IMG/VR virus record: IMGVR_UViG_3300029297_000290
Length of the DNA stretch: 64,000 nucleotides
Source of the DNA: an uncultured virus (IMG/VR IMGVR_UViG_3300029297_000290)
Taxonomy: Duplodnaviria > Heunggongvirae > Uroviricota > Caudoviricetes
Direction: 5' to 3' (one strand)
Shown here: piece by piece, positions 57,701 to 64,000 of the stretch
Layout: the number at the start of each line of letters is the position of its first letter
Position numbering within the stretch: the stretch's first letter is position 1
The notes under the pieces: generated by a model
Databases searched by the model: none
The model's input: the letters and a program-made list of their open reading frames with translations, nothing else
What the model was told of the DNA's origin: nothing
Made by a program: the position numbers and the translations under genes

Positions 57701-60700
57701 CACAATCTCCGACACTAAGCCCTACCTGTGGAACTATGAGAAGATTACATACACAAAGGGCAACCCAACCACGACTTCCCCTCATATCATAGGTAAGTAC
57801 GGCAAGGACGGCAACGGCATAGACCGCATAGAGGAGGAATACTACCTCTCCACCTCACGCACGGCGTTACAGGGTGGCTCATGGTCAACGACAAGACCGA
57901 CATGGAAGGCGGGTCACTACTATTGGACACGCACGCATATCTATTACGACAACGGCGACAGTGAGGTGACTGACGGAATCTGTGTGACAGGAGAGATGGG
58001 TACATCCGTGCTTGCACAATACTCCGCCAACGGCTCGTCATGGCACTCTTCCTACACATCGGGCGACCAATGGATGCGCACCTCCGACGACAACGGGGCA
58101 ACGTGGTCTGCTGCGGTCAAGATTACGGCGAGCAACTTTACAAACAATCTCTTATTGCAGACTGAGAATCCAAACACAAGGATAAATTATCAAAAAAAAT
58201 ATCCGATAGCACCGGGTAGTCTGTTGGCAGTAGGCATAGGAAAGAAAGTGACAATTTCCTTTGACTACGAATACTCCAATGTTTCCACCGTGGCTGCGGG
58301 AGACACCACATCAAATAAATTCAAATACCGATTCGGTGGCGAAGTCGCATTAAAAAAACCTGACGGAACCAATGATTACAGTTTCTATTATTGGCATACC
58401 CTGCCGCAAGGGAAAACGGGATTAAGCGGAAAGGGTACGTTTAAGAAAGCAATGACCATACCATCCATTGCGTCTGACTCGGCAAAGACCATGTATCTGT
58501 TGGCACAGGTATTGGGTGGGACGGTCAAACTCTCCAATTTCAAAATGGAGTATGGGGAAAATTCAGACCCTGTATGGAACCCGAACACATCCGAAATGAC
58601 AGGGAAGTGGCGCAAGTTCCAATGGGCAAAGGTGGCATCCGCGACCACACCGCCGACGAGCGGTTGGCAGGACACCCCTTTGACGGCACCTGCGGGAGAG
58701 TATGTTTGGATGCGCAGCGGCATGGTGGTCCCACCTGCAACCGAACCGACAGCATGGGAAACAGCAATAAGAGTCACGGGCGACAAGGGAACCGACGGGC
58801 AGAGCATATATTCACTTGACCTAAGCAACGAGGTGTCGGGTATAATCTGCAACTCATCGGGTGCGGTCACGGGTTCATATCCGACATGCAAGGCTACTGT
58901 ATGGAAAGGTGCAGGCAAGGTCACGGCGGGCGTGACATACTCCATAGCGTCAAGGACGGGCATATCAAACGCGAGCATTGACTCAAGCGGCAACGTCACC
59001 ATGAGCGGGATGACGGCTGATAAGGCTGAAATTGTCGTGCAGGCTGTCGTGAACGGAGTGACGCTGCAAGCCACGATAACACTGTATAAGGTAAAGCCGG
59101 GTGCGAATGGTACGGCTGCGGTCATGTATTCCATTGAGCCGAGCGTTGACAACATCACACGGTCAATGACGGGAGGTTTATCCATATCCTCTGTGACGTG
59201 CGATGTCTACAAGACCACGGGCAACACCGCAAGAGTAAAGGATTCAGCCAAGTCTCTGTACTATCAGCGTATCCCCGACATAACCACATGGACTAAGCTG
59301 ACGCTCACAAACGGCGTGTCCGCTGCAGTGGGTGTATTATCCACGACCGAGGCGGTGATATTCGAGCTGCGTGACGGCTCGACCGTTCTCGACAGGGAGC
59401 GTGTCCCTGTATTGTCGGATGCGGGCGACTTGGATATTGGTGGTCGTAATTTATTGTTAAAAACAGGTGTAGAACATTCCAATACCGAATATCAAACCGC
59501 AAGATACTTTCTTGCTACCGTCCCGACTGTTGGAGATACATATACATTTACGCTATGGGGTACATTGGCATCCAATAAAACTGAATTTGGAATTTGGAAT
59601 AGTGGTGGCATGGTAAAACTATCCTCTTTAAAGAATGTTGCAAAAGGTGTTTATCAAGCAACGTTCAAGTGGACTAATGGTAGTGGATCCAACCTTGTAG
59701 CCAATCCCACATATATTAGTATATATGCTGTCCCGAGTTCAGCGTCGGGAACTTCCACAATCAAGCATGTAAAACTCGAAAAAGGCAACGTATCTACCGA
59801 ATGGTCGCCTGCTCCCGAAGATTTCGACTACATCACGGAAGCGATAAAAGGCAACACCGTGGTAAACGGAGGACTTGTCCTGTCAAGCCTTATCAAGCTC
59901 GGTTCTTGGACGGGAAGCGGCAATGACGCAACCATGTCAAAGGTGTGGGCAGGTATGAACGGAGTCTACGGGAATGGCAAGTCAATAGCCTCATGGTGGG
60001 GTGGCGACATGGTGGATAAGTTCTACACGGACGCAGGCGCGGCAAGACCCACGGCACTTACAAGCGGATTCGCGGCAGGTGTGGTACGCATGGACGGTAC
60101 AGGCTATCTTGCGAAAGGCAACATCAAGTGGGATTCGGACGGCTCTGCCGACTTTGCGGGCGGCAAGCTGCACATAGACTCCAACGGCAACTTGACGCTC
60201 GGCGCAGGTGTGGCTATCGGCGGCAATCAGACGCTCGCGGGAGTCACCAACTTCATAGCAGGCATAAGCAATCTTCTTGTAGCCGAGGATGCGAACGGAA
60301 AGGTTGTTTCATGGTCTGACGCGAATCTGACGACAAAGGCGGTGCGGATAAAGGCGGCGAAGAGTTTCTATTCAACAGGAGGCGTCTCCGCCCTCGGCAA
60401 CGGCAATGTGTCGGGCAGCGGCGGTGGCGGCTCGTATGGTCTGATGAAGGCGTGGCCATCCGCCGACCCCGGAACAAACACCACAGATGCACTCGCTGCG
60501 AACCTCGGCTATGACCTGCACACAAGGGTCAAGAGTCTTGAAGGTGGCAGCGCATTGTCCGTAACAACAACGGGTAGCGGCAACGCAGTGACCGCGATAG
60601 CCAAGAACGGCACCGCAATCACCGTGACCAAGGGCGCGACATTCCTCACGAGCCACCAGTCGCTTGATCACATCAATAGTCTTGGCAGACTCACAGCGCA

Positions 60701-63700
60701 ATCGGGAACCACAAAAGGGACGCCGGGACTTCGTATGTACGAGGTTTATAACAATGGTTATCCCGTAACTTATGGCAATCTGATAAAGGTGCAAGGTGGT
60801 GTCTCAAACGGCGGCGGCGAACTGCTTTTAGGATGGATGACAACCAACACAGATACAGGTCGCGTGTTATACCGCAGTCAGCGCGACGGAACAGCCAATT
60901 CATGGACTCCGTGGAAAACCGTTGCGTGGACTTCCGACATCCCCACCTCGATGGCCTGGACTGCAATCACGAGCAAGCCTACGACCCTATCGGGTTATGG
61001 TATAACGGATGGCATCACTGCTGCGACCGCCGCCTCCACATACGTCAAGAAAGCGGGCGACACCATGACAGGGGCGTTGCAGATAAACATTGACAATGCC
61101 GTCAAGCACCTCGGATTTGGACGTGCAGGATACAACTACATCGCTGCAACCGCAGCAGGCGGTACATTGGGATTTGTCACCAACGGAAAGGCGGCAGGAA
61201 CCGCTGCCAACTGCGACCTCATCATACAGGCAAACAAGCTGAATCCCGGCACCACGAACCTTGTAGACCTCGGCGAATCGGGACATCGCTGGAAGAACGT
61301 ATACTCCGTACTCGGCAACTTCTCCGGGCAGATCACCTCCTCTGTCGCGACAGGCACGAAGCCATTCAACGTGACCTCCACGACACTCTGCGACAACCTC
61401 AACGCCGACCGTCTCGACAACTACCACAAGGAATCCTTCGAAAGCTACTGCAAGACCACCATTGACGCGACAGCACTCGACGCAAACACATGGTACCCCG
61501 TCACAATGGCTATCGGCAACTCATTGCAGACGCGCATAAGGATTGAGGGCAGCAACGATGCTCCCGGCGCATGGAACACCCGAACCGACAAGAGGATGGC
61601 TCTTATGCTTGACTACACCGTCAACGGATCATCCTACGGTTGGACTTCGGCACAACGTGTCGTCCACAAGTTCATAACCGGTGCGGGCGCGACAGGAAAT
61701 CCCGTCTGCGGATTGGGGCAGCTAACCAACTCCTCCACGGAATACATCTATGTACGCGGCGGTGCGAAGTACAACTTCTACACAAGCCGGTTCATCATCC
61801 CCACACTGCGCACCGCATCCTACACCGTCAGCAGCCAATCCATCGCCCCAACCACGACACAGCCCGCCCTGATAACCCGCAACGATGCGCTCACCACCGA
61901 CAACGTGGCGAGTGCTACCAAACTTGTAACCGCCCGCACCCTGTGGGGGCAGTCGTTCAACGGCACGGCGAACGTCAGCGGCGACATTACAGGCACAGGC
62001 AACATCATCCCCACCACTACCCATGCATCGACCATAGGCACCTCCACAAAGGTATATGAGCGTGCCTATCTGCGATACATAGATACGGATAGCGGCTACA
62101 ACCTGCGCATCTGCGTCGCCGGCACCGAGAAAATATCGGTGCATACAAACGGTAACGTCGGTATTGGACAGACCGCTCCCGCCTATAATCTTGACGTGAC
62201 GGGCACACTGCGCACGACAGGGCAGGCAACCCTGGCAAGCGTGAGGATAGGAGACTGCACAATCACATGGGATTCCGCAAGCAAGGCATTGAAGTTTAAT
62301 ACGGGCATATATTCCACGGGAGGCGTCTCCGCCCTCGGCAACGGCAATGTGTCGGGCAGCGGTTCGGGAAGTTCCTACTCCCGCTTGGACGGGTGGACTG
62401 ACTACACCGCAGACAAGTCGCTCCACGTCCTCTCTGCGAAATTAGGCTACGATCTATACACCAACAAGGCAGACAAGACGCTGTTGGCATCCTATATAAA
62501 GACCGACGGCACCAACGGCACCGCTCCCGGTGTCACCGCGCTAATCAACAAGCTGACGGAGGGGGATTCCAACGTCACAGACTCCACCCTGTTTGTGACA
62601 TCCCATGCGTCAACACCTGCCGGCAACAACTATTACCGTAGGAAGGCAACATTTGTTTGGAACTACATCAAGGGTAAGACGGATGCCCTCTATCTGAAAC
62701 TTTCGGGGGGCTCGATGGCAAACACCAATCTTGTGACGAATCTCAATGCAGATTTGTTGGACGGTCTTCACGCATCCCGATTCACCCGTGTATGCTCCGG
62801 TAGGACTCTTGAAACAGGAACAAAATACATACTTCTCGGCACATTGCCCACATCATCCAATTCCACCTTTGACTCGCTACACATAACGGGTGACATAGGC
62901 GGCTTCGGAGGAACCGAAAAGGCAGTGATCGACATATATGCCGGCAGACGTAACGGTGTAGGCATAAGAGGATTTGTGACTAACCAATCCTCAGCCACGT
63001 GGGACATCGGTGTCAATGCCGCAGGACAGGTGTATCTTATACTGAAAGGTCAGTATGTGACATACAACCTAAATCTCTTCGCATTGCAGGCTACGATAGA
63101 TTGGACGGGAAACACTTCCACACCGACGGACACCACATTCACATTATTGTCGGCAAGTACACGGATCAGCCGTTTTGTTGATGCAACATTCAAGGGAACT
63201 GCGGACGTGGCTTCAAAACTCGGCTCAGCCACCGTCGGAAGTGGGGTGAAACCGATATATCTTAGTTTGGGAACAGCCACCGCATCGTCTTCCACGGTGG
63301 GGGCGGCAAACCGTCCCGTGTATATGAACGCTGGCACAATCACAGCAGGGACATACACGTTCGGCAACGCAAACGGCAACGCCCCGATAAGCAACGGTAC
63401 GGTCAACACCAACCTTAATGCCGACATGTTGGACGGTGTGCATAACGGGAGTTTAACTGCTAAATATATAACTGCCATTACATTCGATAATGCTTCGGAT
63501 ATACCCTCTAATGCTTTTATGTGGCAAGCTAACGGCAATGTTACAGATGTAACTACAATGGCATACAAAAGTGGGATCTCCATAGGGAATGGTATGGCTC
63601 GAGCATGGCAGATCTTTTCTGGACGAGGCAACAATCATGTCTATTATCGTAATGCGAAAGAGGACATGTCGGGATGGAACGATGATATAAAGACGATTGC

Positions 63701-64000
63701 CTTCACCACCGACAACGTGGCTTCCGCCTCGAAATTGCAGACCGCACGCACCCTGTGGGGCAAATCATTTGATGGCACTGCAAATGTCACGGGCAACCTC
63801 ACAAGTGTCGGGAATATCACTGGTTCCGCTGCCATGACAATAAAAGCCAACGGTGCGCTCACACTCCATAGCACTGCAAACATCGCACTGAAAGCCAACG
63901 ATGACGATACGAAATCCGTGATATTAAACGCCTCCGCATTCAAGCCTTACGATGCCGCGACGACCAAGTTGACTCTCGGGAGTGCCACTGCGCGTTGGGC
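51780..64000 (+). CDS. Giant tail hub/fibre (host-recognition) protein, >4070 aa, truncated by window end
   Basis: ATG at 51780 (MNQKVNILSPTG); same frame reads at 54780 (PQGVPGETGADGK) and 63960 (TTKLTLGSATARW); an in-frame stop would have produced an ORF-track entry. Confidence 0.88.
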   Translation, partial: MNQKVNILSPTGVKILEHTLSENDVRKFTLMTEDYIQLSFHSQQALAFPVGCSVGDFITTEEQVGTWNAATGVWDYQIKFDNYYWSWKNKILRYIIRDVDSAKETSFTLTATIDIHAAIIKNCLDFLGLEYGGSPFRVDKTTSLSLEAKLVRYENLSVLGGIQAIAEAFECEWWVKDNAIYFGKCENKKENPLVFEAGVNVLSISFSQAKTTAPNRIYVYGSSRNLPSNYRKVDGNDTIGGVVVKRLMLPEGTPYLQTSENIPEAQIVEQVVVLDDVYPKTDLTISEEPETYTSKAENSEGENVSQIFYRIKYGNDFPFLSSYILPNEELHIIFQSGLLNGMDFGIKFNPKGLNEKNTDGSINSDAQMFEIVANEDYGRILPDDILKPKQGDKFIITGWDSTKMADLGLIATAEQQLLEEGQKALVEYAKDLSSCTCPMAWDFMKNLLSNEDQPIPGDEVMIIDTVHFGTGGRKSRILGYEYRLDIPYANWTYNCGENISVSRLKSIENKIEGLTKTGTKVQMQNSLDFLSKRYSDRTAYLLTSDEGFQVGDFFAAVSGAMLGKEKETGQTYLEVDKIYARVRAYFEELTVVEANTLAGKQYITPGGSVKCSFVREVRNEDGVLVGWRCYFISDQDGEKTETKINVGDQAISEMFNAKEGVANKVSNHRWWRLVTAVSQDGHEESGNRYGYIEVSAFDCEEGSDVPVAGDVIAQFGNRTDHDRQAAMIFSTVDSDAPSIKLLSGIDSYSIAGKDVISYGYDPVKGNAYFNCYGDMYVGDPDGSTFIRYNRASRSMDARLRLSIASTIDDKLIADYVKDEADKANAALKDKVNELQNQIDGVIETWNEDTDPTKTNYPASDWNTDEERMKHAGDVYFNIGAYDPVNNPNAGHAWRWYYKSPTDYGWIEIADSDAVRALELAHMSVMDTDVLFIQTDSQTNTPTLPTVNASGVITDPKGWTTDAPQWVDGKYIWQTTYVRKGDGKSSFSDPTCISGRNGKDGPQGVPGETGADGKTYYTWIRYADDEHGNGISNNPTGKDYIGFAYNKETAIESNNPTDYTWSKIKGEQGAQGLRGLQGEQGEQGIPGQKGADGKTSYFHIKYSAVPNPTDASQMTETPSTYIGTYVDYTEADSSDPKKYTWSRFEGMQGADGSDGIPGTNGVDGKTSYLHIKYSNDGQTFTPAGGGLALGEQPGDWIGQYTDFNQKDSTNFSDYTWSKIKGEQGNQGVPGQKGADGKQYWTWIKYSDNANGTPMYDTPNTNTKYIGIAVNKETQAEGSDPKEYTWSLFRGDDGTSVAIDSQSVKYSTVHTSAQPADSTFTLTTVPTLSEGQFLWSMTTVEYNNGKSTKTYAVSKIGTSVKVKTTEVKYAKSSTSTQPADTAFTYNNIGDAGVKMGEYLWTRTTVTYTDNTSLKSYSVSRIGADGSDGIPGTPGADGRTPYVHYAYANSADGKTGFSTTYFANALYVGVCSDYNQADPTTYGSYEWARLKGDKGDKGEQGLRGLQGEKGEQGIAGAKGADGKTSYFHIKYAPVQNPTASQMTETPSTYIGTYVDYTAADSSDPSKYTWARFEGIQGADGSQGIPGKNGADGKTSYLHIKYSNDGKTFTPAQGNLAIGETPGDWIGQYTDFTQADSTDFSKYTWSKIKGDDGSNAKSVTVNGEQTFSYTNNFTSAATPTSITLSATLQNTTGYQWSYKRSNQSSFTNISGATAATLAVAANNTTYFPSGIHACTFRCTSGSVYDEMTLVKVSSGATGAKGDTGAKGADGYTVILSNESHIFKGDTEKAVEASTSSEVIAYKGSTRVAATIGTATGLPTGMTITVANNGTTTAKFTAKVTTALTTKSGVVSIPVTVDGKSFTRTFSWTLSLDGIGITETAEYYAISNSSATAPADSAFSTTVPTTTTAKPYLWNYEKTTYSNGVFKSTSKRVIGVHGQNGTDGAGISKVENYYLASASASGVTTSTSGWTTDAASTNATISDTKPYLWNYEKITYTKGNPTTTSPHIIGKYGKDGNGIDRIEEEYYLSTSRTALQGGSWSTTRPTWKAGHYYWTRTHIYYDNGDSEVTDGICVTGEMGTSVLAQYSANGSSWHSSYTSGDQWMRTSDDNGATWSAAVKITASNFTNNLLLQTENPNTRINYQKKYPIAPGSLLAVGIGKKVTISFDYEYSNVSTVAAGDTTSNKFKYRFGGEVALKKPDGTNDYSFYYWHTLPQGKTGLSGKGTFKKAMTIPSIASDSAKTMYLLAQVLGGTVKLSNFKMEYGENSDPVWNPNTSEMTGKWRKFQWAKVASATTPPTSGWQDTPLTAPAGEYVWMRSGMVVPPATEPTAWETAIRVTGDKGTDGQSIYSLDLSNEVSGIICNSSGAVTGSYPTCKATVWKGAGKVTAGVTYSIASRTGISNASIDSSGNVTMSGMTADKAEIVVQAVVNGVTLQATITLYKVKPGANGTAAVMYSIEPSVDNITRSMTGGLSISSVTCDVYKTTGNTARVKDSAKSLYYQRIPDITTWTKLTLTNGVSAAVGVLSTTEAVIFELRDGSTVLDRERVPVLSDAGDLDIGGRNLLLKTGVEHSNTEYQTARYFLATVPTVGDTYTFTLWGTLASNKTEFGIWNSGGMVKLSSLKNVAKGVYQATFKWTNGSGSNLVANPTYISIYAVPSSASGTSTIKHVKLEKGNVSTEWSPAPEDFDYITEAIKGNTVVNGGLVLSSLIKLGSWTGSGNDATMSKVWAGMNGVYGNGKSIASWWGGDMVDKFYTDAGAARPTALTSGFAAGVVRMDGTGYLAKGNIKWDSDGSADFAGGKLHIDSNGNLTLGAGVAIGGNQTLAGVTNFIAGISNLLVAEDANGKVVSWSDANLTTKAVRIKAAKSFYSTGGVSALGNGNVSGSGGGGSYGLMKAWPSADPGTNTTDALAANLGYDLHTRVKSLEGGSALSVTTTGSGNAVTAIAKNGTAITVTKGATFLTSHQSLDHINSLGRLTAQSGTTKGTPGLRMYEVYNNGYPVTYGNLIKVQGGVSNGGGELLLGWMTTNTDTGRVLYRSQRDGTANSWTPWKTVAWTSDIPTSMAWTAITSKPTTLSGYGITDGITAATAASTYVKKAGDTMTGALQINIDNAVKHLGFGRAGYNYIAATAAGGTLGFVTNGKAAGTAANCDLIIQANKLNPGTTNLVDLGESGHRWKNVYSVLGNFSGQITSSVATGTKPFNVTSTTLCDNLNADRLDNYHKESFESYCKTTIDATALDANTWYPVTMAIGNSLQTRIRIEGSNDAPGAWNTRTDKRMALMLDYTVNGSSYGWTSAQRVVHKFITGAGATGNPVCGLGQLTNSSTEYIYVRGGAKYNFYTSRFIIPTLRTASYTVSSQSIAPTTTQPALITRNDALTTDNVASATKLVTARTLWGQSFNGTANVSGDITGTGNIIPTTTHASTIGTSTKVYERAYLRYIDTDSGYNLRICVAGTEKISVHTNGNVGIGQTAPAYNLDVTGTLRTTGQATLASVRIGDCTITWDSASKALKFNTGIYSTGGVSALGNGNVSGSGSGSSYSRLDGWTDYTADKSLHVLSAKLGYDLYTNKADKTLLASYIKTDGTNGTAPGVTALINKLTEGDSNVTDSTLFVTSHASTPAGNNYYRRKATFVWNYIKGKTDALYLKLSGGSMANTNLVTNLNADLLDGLHASRFTRVCSGRTLETGTKYILLGTLPTSSNSTFDSLHITGDIGGFGGTEKAVIDIYAGRRNGVGIRGFVTNQSSATWDIGVNAAGQVYLILKGQYVTYNLNLFALQATIDWTGNTSTPTDTTFTLLSASTRISRFVDATFKGTADVASKLGSATVGSGVKPIYLSLGTATASSSTVGAANRPVYMNAGTITAGTYTFGNANGNAPISNGTVNTNLNADMLDGVHNGSLTAKYITAITFDNASDIPSNAFMWQANGNVTDVTTMAYKSGISIGNGMARAWQIFSGRGNNHVYYRNAKEDMSGWNDDIKTIAFTTDNVASASKLQTARTLWGKSFDGTANVTGNLTSVGNITGSAAMTIKANGALTLHSTANIALKANDDDTKSVILNASAFKPYDAATTKLTLGSATARW
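54760..56720 (+). repeat. Collagen-like Gly-X-Y segments alternating with repeated ~45-60 aa modules
   Basis: GEQGAQGLRGLQGEQG; GADGKTSYFHIKY block at 55041 recurs at 56322. Confidence 0.8.
60378..62362 (+). repeat. Identical 44-bp direct repeats (60378-60421, 62319-62362), 1941 bp apart, in frame
   Basis: GGAGGCGTCTCCGCCCTCGGCAACGGCAATGTGTCGGGCAGCGG twice. Confidence 0.85.

Larger units (their letters stand above)
1..64000. mobile_element. Temperate siphophage/prophage of a Bacteroidales host (incomplete at right end; att sites and lysis genes not in window)
   Basis: Integrase, repressors, replication, terminase, portal, capsid, tape measure and tail genes; Bacteroidetes TAnnTTTG promoters. 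Confidence 0.95.

Noticed and set aside
1..64000. Genome-wide TAG recoding (genetic code 15)
   Set aside because: Only one in-frame TAG interruption was found, long structural genes are intact under code 11, TAG ends other genes normally, and no CUA tRNA was seen
1..64000. CRISPR array or diversity-generating retroelement
   Set aside because: No regularly spaced identical repeats, reverse transcriptase or adenine-specific TR/VR pair in the window; a DGR could lie beyond 64000
51800..64000. Many short ORF-track ORFs on both strands
   Set aside because: They are shadow frames of the single giant + strand tail gene

Overview
Most of a temperate siphophage (prophage) of a Bacteroidales host, judged from TAnnTTTG promoters, A-rich leaders without Shine-Dalgarno sequences, and the gene families present. 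The order is: tyrosine integrase and immunity region with two homologous repressor/cro-like switches (1-6.6 kb); recombination/replication genes (Sak4-like ATPase, HNH, exonuclease, SSB-like, RusA, initiator, DnaB); a ~1.3 kb non-coding block of tRNA-like RNAs with abnormal anticodon arms (15.66-16.95 kb); many small early genes, including an RlmN-like radical SAM enzyme and a cytidylyltransferase; portal; a moron; a Rha/ANT antirepressor with a C4-like antisense leader; an inverted MuF minor-head gene carrying an intein and a C-terminal nuclease-toxin-like domain; terminase subunits split by an RNase-like gene and a DUF4417-like gene; then capsid, neck, tail and tape measure. A >4,070-codon tail protein runs off the right end and is absent from the ORF track because it has no stop in the window. 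The main unusual theme is an RNA layer: tRNA-like RNAs, small RNAs complementary to early-gene leaders, and convergent structured (partly tRNA-mimicking) RNAs at the 3' ends of toxin-like nuclease genes. All family assignments are motif recognition by eye, not database searches, and RNA folds were paired manually.
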